Assembly (NCBI GenBank): GCA_040954595.2
Contig: CM082583.2
Coordinates: forward strand, 11,049,656-11,113,655
Origin: Balanoglossus misakiensis
Lineage: Eukaryota > Animalia > Hemichordata
Length of the DNA stretch: 64,000 nt
Direction: 5' to 3'
Position numbers and translations under genes: made by a program. A model generated the notes under the pieces. It worked only from the letters and a program-made list of their open reading frames with translations. It had not been told where the DNA came from and did not search any database. This document shows positions 50,751-64,000 of this stretch, piece after piece (positions within the stretch are counted from its first letter, which is position 1; the number at the start of each line of letters is the position of its first letter).

Positions 50751-51947
50751 TAAACATCGCCCTGATCAGTATTCGTATACACGTGTCGATGACATCCGTG
50801 AAATATTACATATAAATAGAGAATGTACCAGCTGAAATATCTCACTTCAGTACGGGGCTTTTATCACACCACATAACGCCGCCAGGAAACATTTAATAGC
50901 AATTAACGGGAAAGGTTGCTACTGCACCACAAGCACGCGTGTCAATACCCGCCGCCTGTACACCGACGGTAAACCTGGTTCCATCTCAAAAAAGAGCAAC
51001 CGACTTCTAAATTGACCAAGGCAAGTTGAGTGCATGCGGTATTTAAGCTTATGTACACTTTGTCACAGTTATGCAATTTGCATTGAAGCAGAAGTCATAC
51101 ATTCTTTGTTCTAGCATTACTTTTTTTTACACTGATTATGAATTGACTTTTGATATGAACGACATGTACGAGAACTACAGCTATAGTGGCCAGCAGATAG
51201 TTATCGTTGTCTTGACCACGCAGTTCATGTCGCGAAGGTTGCGGAGAGTAACTTTGGTAACCCTCCAAAACAAGTAAAACCAATTGCGTGAACATCACGA
51301 GACCGAAAACTTCCATGTTTTCATGCTTCACGAGATATTTTTAATAACGCAAAAACACAACAGAAGGGTATGTACTGCATAGATTTTTAAAACCAGTACG
51401 ACATAATTTATGGTTAATTAACCGAAACTGCTGGTATTTCCATTATTTTATCAACTGCAATTTCTTGTTCAATTAATCCACTGTAACACATTGTGAAATT
51501 CCTAGTATTTAGATTATCAACATGGTCCATATTATGTCTAAAGTCACTATTGTTTTAGTAGAATTCACCAATCACAGAATTTAGGCAATACTGATAAGGT
51601 TTTGGAATAACCCTGTACTGAATTGGCTTTTGCGGTCAATCTATTCTGAGCCAATCAAATATAATATAAAAAAATAATTGGTCTTTGCATTGTTTGCTGT
51701 AGCACATGTTCATTACACCGGCTGAGGGTATGTTTCCTAACCCAAAAGAAAAGCGGTAATTAATTATTAAAGTGTTAAAATAGCTCAGATTTAATGAGAA
51801 TTGGAAGACGTGTAGAATGCGTGTACCCTGTGTTCAATGAATACTTTGATATTTGAAAAAATAAAATAACCCCAAAAGTCACTTGTTGATATATTATTTT
51901 CCATTGAATTTTTGTCAACTTTCTTCCAGAAGGACATCGTTGTCAAA

Positions 51948-53657
51948 ATGGACACGCAAGAATCGACAGGACGTACACTATCGTTTACTGTTCAGTTACT
52001 GGTTTGCTGCCTGGGCTTGGCCTCGTGGATTGACATCAATGGATTGTGGGTAGAGTTACCCCTGATGGTGCATCGATTACCTGAACGCTGGAACCTCCCG
52101 TCGTACCTGGTGATTATCACTCAAATTTCAAACCTCGGCCCTCTAGCGTTCACCATCATCAGTAAATTCACAAAGCGTCGAATTGAGATTCCTACAAACT
52201 ACTTCATAATTTCAGTGGGCGCTATATCTTGTCTGCTTCTTGCATTCTTGTGGGATCGTACGACTGTCATTTGGGGCATGGAACGTAGCACGGCTTTACT
52301 GACCCTGGCTCTCTTTCTGGCAGTGGTCGACTGTACATCATCTGTTTCGTTTTTGGCGTTCATGTCTTTGTATCCTGCTGGGTACATGACAGCTTACCTC
52401 ATTGGCGAAGAGGTAACTGGTCTCATCCCAAGCCTTGTTGGTCTCATCCAAGGGTCTGGTGGTAATGCTGAATGTCTTAATATGTCTATGTCTTTTGTAA
52501 ATGACACCATGAATACAACGCTTTACCATCTTTCAGTCTACTATCCTCCTGCTAGATTCCCGGTTAAAGGTTTTTTGGTTTTATTGTTCACCTTGCTTCT
52601 GTGCAGTCTAGCAGCATTTGTCATGCTCAACAACCTACCGTCTGCGACTAGGCACAGGGTGAAACGCCCTCTCAAGTCTGACATGAGGTCCACCAGTGAT
52701 GTCTCCATTGAGTTCCATATCTTAAAGAGTAGTACACAGGTTAATGAGGACAACGGCAGTAATCATGCGCAGAATGGGGAGAAAGACAAGAAAGTTAAGA
52801 TCAACGACAAGAGTGCAGAAAAACTATCGACTTCAGGTTGGCTGTTCTTGATGATAATCCTTGGATGGTTAAGTGGTCTCAAGAATGCAGTTCTGCCCTC
52901 AGTACAGTCCTACTCTGCCTTGCCCTATGGTAACGTCGCCTACCACCTCTGCATTACACTGTCACAGTTGGTCAAGCCACTAACCTGTTTCGTTGCCCAT
53001 TACCTACCAACTAAAAAGCTGACAATAATTGGATTTTATGCTCTTTGTGGAACCCTTAGTGCAGCCTATATATTCTCTCTGGCGTTACTGAGTCCAACAC
53101 CGATATTATGTGGCAGCAAATGGGGTGAAGCACTCATGGTAAGTCTTGTTTAGTATTTTCGTAACTGTCAATCAATTAAACCAAAATTAGATCTGCCTTT
53201 ATGCAACTTCTGGATACATGGAAGTCACAACAGACATTTTGGGCATATCTATGAAAATATGTCTTTAGGGCTTCCGTGATATCACAGCATTATTGGAGAA
53301 AACACAGTGCATACGGCTGTGTCATCGTGGCAGTATTGTGCCCCAAAGCAGATTATTGGAGAAAAAAACTTCGTTATTTACAGTCTACAACAAGCCTCTT
53401 GTTTTGCATATAACGACAGAACACTTTGACTTATATCTGTACAGGTCGTCTCATGGATTCTGTTTGGGGCCTGCGTTACATACGTCGAAGTGGTGATTTG
53501 CTTTCTCTGCCGCAGTCACGGACGCAGAGCACTGATACGGTGCGGATTTTGTGCCCAGTTTGGTTCTTTCATCGGATCGGTGACCATTTTCTCGCTGATG
53601 AACTCTCTAGATCTGTTCACTTCCAACAACCCTTGCGACGATACCTGCTATAACTAA
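51948..53657 (+). CDS. SLC52-family riboflavin transporter (RFVT-like), about 467 aa
   Basis: Exons 51948-53138 and 53445-53657 (TAA). Motifs SWIDINGLWVELP, LPERWNLPSYL, VDCTSSVSFL, LIQGSG and VLPSVQSYSALPYG. Confidence 0.9.
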
Positions 53658-54179
53658 CTGACAACTGTGTCGAATGCAGAACAGAAATCAGTCTTTCCAT
53701 GGTGTATCGTATATCCAAAATATGAAGTGCGATGTTCCATGTTGATTCCCCGTATTTAAAGTTTACTAGATCCATGTTTATGATCTGTATACTGACATCA
53801 CCTTTATTCATTATTTGGGCAAAAAGCTTTTCATACTGCATGATCCAAATGTCTTTTGAATCTTAATTTTCAACAAGACTCCTTACTTCCATAAATTTAG
53901 CACGTGATAATAAATCCGAAACATGTATAAATCCCGAGTCAATAAAGTCTCTAAAGCTTTAAAATGACGCTTTGTCCTTATCTTTGGTGAAGGATTGCAA
54001 CATTTTTTTTTGATTTCGAATTTCAGTCAGACTATTAGGTTGGATTTTCTGTGTTTAGAAATGAATATTTTGTACGAGATTATAATTCAATAAACGTAAT
54101 AAAGAGGATGAATATTTGATGGAATGATTTTAAGAGTTTTGTAAAATTAGATATGTGTTACAAAAGATTTTTAGACTTT

Positions 54180-57100
54180 GCGTTATAGCTCATGAAAATC
54201 TTCAAAAACCGAGGATTTTTCGACTTTTCGGATTTTCAAAATTTGGTCATTTTTTGAAAAAATCATGGGTTATAGCTCAGGAAAATCTTCAAAAATCGAG
54301 GATTTTTCGACTTTTCGGATTTTCAAAATTTGGTCATTTTTTGAAAAAATCATGGGTTATAGCTCAGGAAAATCTTCAAAAATCGAGGATTTTTCGACTT
54401 TTCGGATTTTCAAAATTTGGTCATTTTTTGAAAAAATCATGGGTTATAGCTCAGGAAAATCTTCAAAAATCGAGGATTTTTCGACTTTTCGGATTTTCAA
54501 AATTTGGTAATTTTTTGAAAAAAATCATGGGTTATAGCTCAGGAAAATCTTCAAAAATCGAGGATTTTTCGACTTTTCGAATTTTCAAAATTTGGTCATT
54601 TTTTGAAAAAATCATGGGTTATAGCTCAGGAAAATCTTCAAAAATCGAGGTTTTTTCGACTTTTCGGATTTTCAAAATTTGGTCATTTTTTGAAAAAATC
54701 ATGGGTTATAGCTCAGGAAAATCTTCAAAAATCGAGGATTTTTCGACTTTTCGGATTTTCAAAATTTGGTCATTTTTTGAAAAAATCATGGGTTATAGCT
54801 CAGGAAAATCTTCAAAAATCGAGGATTTTTCGACTTTTCGGATTTTCAAAATTTGGTCATTTTTTGAAAAAATCATGGGTTATAGCTCAGGAAAATCTTC
54901 AAAAATCGAGGATTTTTCGACTTTTCGGATTTTCAAAATTTGGTCATTTCTTGAAAAAATCATGGGTTATAGCTCAGGAAAATCTTCAAAAATCGAGGAT
55001 TTTTCGACTTTTCGGATTTTCAAAATTTGGTCATTTTTTGAAAAAATCATGGGTTATAGCTCAGGAAAATCTTCAAAAATCGAGGATTTTTCGACTTTTC
55101 GGATTTTCAAAATTTGGTCATTTTTTGAAAAAATCATGGGTTATAGCTCAGGAAAATCTTCAAAAATCGAGGATTTTTCGACTTTTCGGATTTTCAAAAT
55201 TTGGTCATTTCTTGAAAAAATCATGGGTTATAGCTCAGGAAAATCTTCAAAAATCGAGGATTTTTCGACTTTTCGGATTTTCAAAATTTGGTCATTTTTT
55301 GAAAAAATCATGGGTTATAGCTCAGGAAAATCTTCAAAAATCGAGGATTTTTCGACTTTTCGAATTTTCAAAATATGGTCATTTTTTGAAAAAATCATGG
55401 GTTATAGCTCAGGAAAATCTTCAAAAATCGAGGATTTTTCGACTTTTCGGATTTTCAAAATTTGGTCATTTTTTGAAAAAATCATGGGTTATAGCTCAGG
55501 AAAATCTTCAAAAATCGAGGATTTTTCGACTTTTCGGATTTTCAAAATTTGGTCATTTTTTGAAAAAATCATGGGTTATAGCTCAGGAAAATCTTCAAAA
55601 ATCGAGGATTTTTCGACTTTTCGGATTTTAAAAAATTTGGTCATTTTTTGAAAAAATCATGGGTTATAGCTCAGGAAAATCTTCAAAAATCGAGGATTTT
55701 TCGACTTTTCGGATTTTCAAAATTTGGTCATTTTTTGAAAAAATCATGGGTTATAGCTCAGGAAAATCTTCAAAAATCGAGGATTTTTCGACTTTTCGGA
55801 TTTTCAAAATTTGGTCATTTTTTGAAAAAATCATGGGTTATAGCTCAGGAAAATCTTCAAAAATCGAGGTTTTTTCGACTTTTCGGATTTTCAAAATTTG
55901 GTCATTTTTTGAAAAAATCATGGGTTATAGCTCAGGAAAATCTTCAAAAATCGAGGATTTTTCGACTTTTCGGATTTTCAAAATTTGGTCATTTTTTGAA
56001 AAAATCATGGGTTATAGCTCAGGAAAATCTTCAAAAATCGAGGATTTTTCGACTTTTCGGATTTTCAAAATTTGGTCATTTTTTGAAAAAATCATGGGTT
56101 ATAGCTCAGGAAAATCTTCAAAAATCGAGGATTTTTCGACTTTTCGGATTTTCAAAATTTGGTCATTTTTTGAAAAAATCATGGGTTATAGCTCAGGAAA
56201 ATCTTCAAAAATCGAGGATTTTTCGACTTTTCGGATTTTCAAAATTTGGTCATTTTTTGAAAAAATCATGGGTTATAGCTCAGGAAAATCTTCAAAAATC
56301 GAGGATTTTTCGACTTTTCGGATTTTCAAAATTTGGTCATTTTTTGAAAAAATCATGGGTTATAGCTCAGGAAAATCTTCAAAAATCGAGGTTTTTTCGA
56401 CTTTTCGGATTTTCAAAATTTGGTCATTTTTTGAAAAAATCATGGGTTATAGCTCAGGAAAATCTTCAAAAATCGAGGATTTTTCGACTTTTCGGATTTT
56501 CAAAATTTGGTCATTTTTTGAAAAAATCATGGGTTATAGCTCAGGAAAATCTTCAAAAATCGAGGATTTTTCGACTTTTCGGATTTTCAAAATTTGGTCA
56601 TTTTTTGAAAAAATCATGGGTTATAGCTCAGGAAAATCTTCAAAAATCGAGGATTTTTCGACTTTTCGGATTTTCAAAATTTGGTCATTTTTTGAATAAA
56701 TCATGGGTTATAGCTCAGGAAAATCTTCAAAAATCGAGGATTTTTCGACTTTTCGGATTTTCAAAATTTGGTCATTTTTTGAAAAAATCATGGGTTATAG
56801 CTCAGGAAAATCTTCAAAAATCGAGGATTTTTCGACTTTTCGGATTTTCAAAATTTGGTCATTTTTTGAAAAAATCATGGGTTATAGCTCAGGAAAATCT
56901 TCAAAAATCGAGGATTTTTCGACTTTTCGGATTTTCAAAATTTGGTCATTTTTTGAAAAAATCATGGGTTATAGCTCAGGAAAATCTTCAAAAATCGAGG
57001 ATTTTTCGACTTTTCGGATTTTCAAAATTTGGTCATTTTTTGAAAAAATCATGGGTTATAGCTCAGGAAAATCTTCAAAAATCGAGGATTTTTCGACTTT

Positions 57101-60100
57101 TCGGATTTTCAAAATTTGGTCATTTTTTGAAAAAATCATGGGTTATAGCTCAGGAAAATCTTCAAAAATCGAGGATTTTTCGACTTTTCGGATTTTCAAA
57201 ATTTGGTCATTTTTTGAAAAAATCATGGGTTATAGCTCAGGAAAATCTTCAAAAATCGAGGATTTTTCGACTTTTCGGATTTTCAAAATTTGGTCATTTT
57301 TTGAAAAAATCATGGGTTATAGCTCAGGAAAATCTTCAAAAATCGAGGATTTTTCGACTTTTCGGATTTTCAAAATTTGGTCATTTTTTGAAAAAAATCA
57401 TGGGTTATAGCTCAGGAAAATCTTCAAAAATCGAGGATTTTTCGACTTTTCGAATTTTCAAAATTTGGTCATTTTTTGAAAAAATCATGGGTTATAGCTC
57501 AGGAAAATCTTCAAAAATCGAGGATTTTTCGACTTTTCGGATTTTCAAAATTTGGTCATTTTTTGAAAAAATCATGGGTTATAGCTCAGGAAAATCTTCA
57601 AAAATCGAGGATTTTTCGACTTTTCGGATTTTCAAAATTTGGTCATTTTTTGAAAAAATCATGGGTTATAGCTCAGGAAAATCTTCAAAAATCGAGGATT
57701 TTTTGACTTTTCGGATTTTCAAAATTTGGTCATTTTTTGAAAAAAATCATGGGTTATAGCTCAGGAAAATCTTCAAAAATCGAGGATTTTTCGACTTTTC
57801 GAATTTTCAAAATTTGGTCATTTTTTGAAAAAATCATGGGTTATAGCTCAGGAAAATCTTCAAAAATCGAGGATTTTTCGACTTTTCGGATTTTCAAAAT
57901 TTGGTCATTTTTTGAAAAAATCATGGGTTATAGCTCAGGAAAATCTTCAAAAATCGAGGATTTTTCGACTTTTCGGATTTTCAAAATTTGGTCATTTTTT
58001 GAAAAAATCATGGGTTATAGCTCAGGAAAATCTTCAAAAATCGAGGATTTTTCGACTTTTCGGATTTTCAAAATTTGGTCATTTTTTGAAAAAATCATGG
58101 GTTATAGCTCAGGAAAATCTTCAAAAATCGAGGTTTTTTCGACTTTTCGGATTTTCAAAATTTGGTCATTTTTTGAAAAAATCATGGGTTATAGCTCAGG
58201 AAAATCTTCAAAAATCGAGGATTTTTCGACTTTTCGGATTTTCAAAATTTGGTCATTTTTTGAAAAAATCATGGGTTATAGCTCAGGAAAATCTTCAAAA
58301 ATCGAGGATTTTTCGACTTTTCGGATTTTCAAAATTTGGTCATTTTTTGAAAAATCATGGGTTATAGCTCAGGAAAATCTTCAAAAATCGAGGATTTTTC
58401 GACTTTTCGGATTTTCAAAATTTGGTCATTTTTTGAAAAATCATGGGTTATAGCTCAGGAAAATCTTCAAAAATCGAGGATTTTTCGACTTTTCGAATTT
58501 TCAAAATTTGGTCATTTTTTGAAAAAATCATGGGTTATAGCTCAGGAAAATCTTCAAAAATCGAGGATTTTTCGACTTTTCGGATTTTCAAAATTTGGTC
58601 ATTTTTTGAAAAAATCATGGGTTATAGCTCAGGAAAATCTTCAAAAATCGAGGATTTTTCGACTTTTCGGATTTTCAAAATTTGGTCATTTTTTGAAAAA
58701 ATCATGGGTTATAGCTCAGGAAAATCTTCAAAAATCGAGGTTTTTTCGACTTTTCGGATTTTCAAAATTTGGTCATTTTTTGAAAAAATCATGGGTTATA
58801 GCTCAGGAAAATCTTCAAAAATCGAGGATTTTTCGACTTTTCGGATTTTCAAAATTTGGTCATTTTTTGAAAAAATCATGGGTTATAGCTCAGGAAAATC
58901 TTCAAAAATCGAGGATTTTTCGACTTTTCGGATTTTCAAAATTTGGTCATTTTTTGAAAAAATCATGGGTTATAGCTCAGGAAAATCTTCAAAAATCGAG
59001 GATTTTTCGACTTTTCGGATTTTCAAAATTTGGTCATTTTTTGAAAAAATCATGGGTTATAGCTCAGGAAAATCTTCAAAAATCGAGGATTTTTCGACTT
59101 TTCGGATTTTCAAAATTTGGTCATTTTTTGAAAAAATCATGGGTTATAGCTCAGGAAAATCTTCAAAAATCGAGGATTTTTCGACTTTTCGGATTTTCAA
59201 AATTTGGTCATTTTTTGAAAAAATCATGGGTTATAGCTCAGGAAAATCTTCAAAAATCGAGGATTTTTCGACTTTTCGGATTTTCAAAATTTGGTCATTT
59301 TTTGAAAAAATCATGGGTTATAGCTCAGGAAAATCTTCAAAAATCGAGGATTTTTCGACTTTTCGGATTTTCAAAATTTGGTCATTTTTTGAAAAAATCA
59401 TGGGTTATAGCTCAGGAAAATCTTCAAAAATCGAGGATTTTTCGACTTTTCGGATTTTCAAAATTTGGTCATTTTTTGAAAAAATCATGGGTTATAGCTC
59501 AGGAAAATCTTCAAAAATCGAGGATTTTTCGACTTTTCGGATTTTCAAAATTTGGTCATTTTTTGAAAAAATCATGGGTTATAGCTCAGGAAAATCTTCA
59601 AAAATCGAGGATTTTTCGACTTTTCGGATTTTCAAAATTTGGTCATTTTTTGAAAAAATCATGGGTTATAGCTCAGGAAAATCTTCAAAAATCGAGGATT
59701 TTTCGACTTTTCGGATTTTCAAAATTTGGTCATTTTTTGAAAAAATCATGGGTTATAGCTCAGGAAAATCTTCAAAAATCGAGGATTTTTCGACTTTTCG
59801 GATTTTCAAAATTTGGTCATTTTTTGAAAAAATCATGGGTTATAGCTCAGGAAAATCTTCAAAAATCGAGGATTTTTCGACTTTTCGGATTTTCAAAATT
59901 TGGTCATTTTTTGAAAAAATCATGGGTTATAGCTCAGGAAAATCTTCAAAAATCGAGGATTTTTCGACTTTTCGGATTTTCAAAATTTGGTCATTTTTTG
60001 AAAAAATCATGGGTTATAGCTCAGGAAAATCTTCAAAAATCGAGGATTTTTCGACTTTTCGGATTTTCAAAATTTGGTCATTTTTTGAAAAAATCATGGG

Positions 60101-63100
60101 TTATAGCTCAGGAAAATCTTCAAAAATCGAGGATTTTTCGACTTTTCGGATTTTCAAAATTTGGTCATTTCTTGAAAAAATCATGGGTTATAGCTCAGGA
60201 AAAAAGTCGAAAAATCGAGGATTTTTCGACTTTTCGGATTTTCAAAATTTGGTCATTTTTTGAAAAAATCATGGGTTATAGCTCAGGAAAATCTTCAAAA
60301 ATCGAGGATTTTTCGACTTTTCGGATTTTCAAAATTTGGTCATTTTTTGAAAAAATCATGGGTTATAGCTCAGGAAAATCTTCAAAAATCGAGGATTTTT
60401 CGACTTTTCGGATTTTCAAAATTTGGTCATTTTTTGAAAAAATCATGGGTTATAGCTCAGGAAAATCTTCAAAAATCGAGGATTTTTCGACTTTTCGGAT
60501 TTTCAAAATTTGGTCATTTTTTGAAAAAATCATGGGTTATAGCTCAGGAAAATCTTCAAAAATCGAGGATTTTTCGACTTTTCGGATTTTCAAAATTTGG
60601 TCATTTTTTGAAAAAATCATGGGTTATAGCTCAGGAAAATCTTCAAAAATCGAGGATTTTTCGACTTTTCGAATTTTCAAAATTTGGTCATTTTTTGAAA
60701 AAATCAAGGGTTATAGCTCAGGAAAATCTTCAAAAATCGAGGATTTTTCGACTTTTCGGATTTTCAAAATTTGGTCATTTTTTGAAAAAATCATGGGTTA
60801 TAGCTCAGGAAAATCTTCAAAAATCGAGGATTTTTCGACTTTTCGGATTTTCAAAATTTGGTCATTTTTTGAAAAAATCATGGGTTATAGCTCAGGAAAA
60901 TCTTCAAAAATCGAGGATTTTTCGACTTTTCGGATTTTCAAAATTTGGTCATTTTTTGAAAAAATCATGGGTTATAGCTCAGGAAAATCTTCAAAAATCG
61001 AGGATTTTTCGACTTTTCGGATTTTCAAAATTTGGTCATTTTTTGAAAAAATCATGGGTTATAGCTCAGGAAAATCTTCAAAAATCGAGGATTTTTCGAC
61101 TTTTCGGATTTTCAAAATTTGGTCATTTTTTGAAAAAATCATGGGTTATAGCTCAGGAAAATCTTCAAAAATCGAGGATTTTTCGACTTTTCGGATTTTC
61201 AAAAATTTGGTCATTTTTTGAAAAAATCATGGGTTATAGCTCAGGAAAATCTTCAAAAATCGAGGATTTTTCGACTTTTCGGATTTTCAAAATTTGGTCA
61301 TTTTTTGAAAAAATCATGGGTTATAGCTCAGGAAAATCTTCAAAAATCGAGGATTTTTCGACTTTTCGGATTTTCAAAATTTGGTCATTTTTTGAAAAAA
61401 TCATGGGTTATAGCTCAGGAAAATCTTCAAAAATCGAGGATTTTTCGACTTTTCGGATTTTCAAAATTTGGTCATTTCTTGAAAAAATCATGGGTTATAG
61501 CTCAGGAAAATCTTCAAAAATCGAGGATTTTTCGACTTTTCGGATTTTCAAAATTTGGTCATTTTTTGAAAAAATCATGGGTTATAGCTCAGGAAAATCT
61601 TCAAAAATCGAGGATTTTTCGACTTTTCGGATTTTCAAAATTTGGTCATTTTTTGAAAAAATCATGGGTTATAGCTCAGGAAAATCTTCAAAAATCGAGG
61701 ATTTTTCGACTTTTCGGATTTTCAAAATTTGGTCATTTCTTGAAAAAATCATGGGTTATAGCTCAGGAAAATCTTCAAAAATCGAGGATTTTTCGACTTT
61801 TCGGATTTTCAAAATTTGGTCATTTTTTGAAAAAATCATGGGTTATAGCTCAGGAAAATCTTCAAAAATCGAGGATTTTTCGACTTTTCGAATTTTCAAA
61901 ATATGGTCATTTTTTGAAAAAATCATGGGTTATAGCTCAGGAAAATCTTCAAAAATCGAGGATTTTTCGACTTTTCGGATTTTCAAAATTTGGTCATTTT
62001 TTGAAAAAATCATGGGTTATAGCTCAGGAAAATCTTCAAAAATCGAGGATTTTTCGACTTTTCGGATTTTCAAAATTTGGTCATTTTTTGAAAAAATCAT
62101 GGGTTATAGCTCAGGAAAATCTTCAAAAATCGAGGATTTTTCGACTTTTCGGATTTTAAAAAATTTGGTCATTTTTTGAAAAAATCATGGGTTATAGCTC
62201 AGGAAAATCTTCAAAAATCGAGGATTTTTCGACTTTTCGGATTTTCAAAATTTGGTCATTTTTTGAAAAAATCACGGGTTATAGCTCAGGAAAATCTTCA
62301 AAAATCGAGGATTTTTCGACTTTTCGGATTTTCAAAATTTGGTCATTTTTTGAAAAAATCACGGGTTATAGCTCAGGAAAATCTTCAAAAATCGAGGATT
62401 TTTCGACTTTTTGGATTTTCAAAATTTGGTCATTTTTTGAAAAAATCATGGGTTATAGCTCAGGAAAATCTTCAAAAATCGAGGATTTTTCGACTTTTCG
62501 GATTTTCAAAATTTGGTCATTTTTTGAAAAAATCATGGGTTATAGCTCAGGAAAATCTTCAAAAATCGAGGATTTTTCGACTTTTCGGATTTTCAAAATT
62601 TGGTCATTTTTTGAAAAAATCATGGGTTATAGCTCAGGAAAATCTTCAAAAATCGAGGATTTTTCGACTTTTCGGATTTTCAAAATTTGGTCATTTTTTG
62701 AAAAAATCATGGGTTATAGCTCAGGAAAATCTTCAAAAATCGAGGATTTTTCGACTTTTCGAATTTTCAAAATTTGGTCATTTTTTGAAAAAATCATGGG
62801 TTATAGCTCAGGAAAATCATAAAAAATCGAGGATTTTTCGACTTTTCGAATTTTCAAAGTTTGGTCATTTTTTGAAAAAATCATGGGTTATAGCTCAGGA
62901 AAATCTTCAAAAATCGAGGATTTTTCGACTTTTCGAATTTTCAAAGTTTGGTCATTTTTTGAAAAAATCATGGGTTATAGCTCAGGAAAATCTTCAAAAA
63001 TCGAGGATTTTTCGACTTTTCGAATTTTCAAAATTTGGTCATTTTTTGAAAAAATCATGGGTTATAGCTCAGGAAAATCTTCAAAAATCGAGGATTTTTC

Positions 63101-64000
63101 GACTTTTCGAATTTTCAAAATTTGGTCATTTTTTGAAAAAATCATGGGTTATAGCTCAGGAAAATCTTCAAAAATCGAGGATTTTTCGACTTTTCGAATT
63201 TTCAAAATTTGGTCATTTTTTGAAAAAATCATGGGTTATAGCTCAGGAAAATCTTCAAAAATCGAGGATTTTTCGACTTTTCGAATTTTCAAAATTTGGT
63301 CATTTTTTGAAAAAATCATGGGTTATAGCTCAGGAAAATCTTCAAAAATCGAGGATTTTTCGACTTTTCGAATTTTCAAAATTTGGTCATTTTTTGAAAA
63401 AATCATGGGTTATAGCTCAGGAAAATCTTCAAAAATCGAGGATTTTTCGACTTTTCGAATTTTCAAAATTTGGTCATTTTTTGAAAAAATCATGGGTTAT
63501 AGCTCAGGAAAATCTTCAAAAATCGAGGATTTTTCGACTTTTCGAATTTTCAAAATTTGGTCATTTTTTGAAAAAATCATGGGTTATAGCTCAGGAAAAT
63601 CTTCAAAAATCGAGGATTTTTCGACTTTTCGAATTTTCAAAATTTGGTCATTTTTTGAAAAAATCATGGGTTATAGCTCAGGAAAATCTTTAAAAATCGA
63701 GGATTTTTCGACTTTTCGAATTTTCAAAATTTGGTCATTTTTTGAAAAAATCATGGGTTATAGCTCAGGAAAATCTTCAAAAATCGAGGATTTTTCGACT
63801 TTTCGAATTTTCAAAATTTGGTCATTTTTTGAAAAAATCATGGGTTATAGCTCAGGAAAATCTTCAAAAATCGAGGATTTTTCGACTTTTCGAATTTTCA
63901 AAATTTGGTCATTTTTTGAAAAAATCATGGGTTATAGCTCAGGAAAATCATAAAAAATCGAGGATTTTTCGACTTTTCGAATTTTCAAAGTTTGGTCATT
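54180..64000. repeat. 87-bp tandem satellite array, about 113 monomers, truncated by the window end
   Basis: Consensus TCATGGGTTATAGCTCAGGAAAATCTTCAAAAATCGAGGATTTTTCGACTTTTCGGATTTTCAAAATTTGGTCATTTTTTGAAAAAA; near-identical copies; 29-aa periodicity in the ORF track; degenerate first monomer at the left edge. Confidence 0.98.

Noticed and set aside
54155-63953. Long ORFs (up to 954 aa) in the satellite as real protein-coding genes
   Set aside because: They are a by-product of an 87-bp unit. Two overlapping frames are equally open, indels shift frames and there is no unique coding sequence.
54180-64000. CRISPR array or CENP-B box in the repeat
   Set aside because: There are no unique spacers, the context is eukaryotic, and TTCGACTTTTCGGA does not fit the CENP-B core TTCG-N4-A-N2-CGGG.

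Overview
Eukaryotic, intron-rich animal genomic DNA. Gene content suggests an invertebrate deuterostome such as a hemichordate; this is inference only. From left to right: the 3' part of VPS33B; three tandem 7-exon aquaglyceroporin paralogs interleaved with five tRNA-Gln genes (three intronic); SNAPC3 (-) head-to-head with SPG11 (+), which carries a U12-type intron; EIF3J (-) tail-to-tail with SPG11; HYKK (+); MPHOSPH10 (-); a 2.8-kb Helentron/HINE-like non-autonomous element nested inside a copy of itself and carrying eight perfect DR1 nuclear-receptor motifs; an SLC52 riboflavin-transporter-family gene; and a very homogeneous 87-bp satellite array of at least 9.8 kb that runs off the window end and shows higher-order structure. 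Short TTAA-flanked MITEs are scattered through the genic part. All calls were made by eye from the sequence and ORF track, with no searches run.
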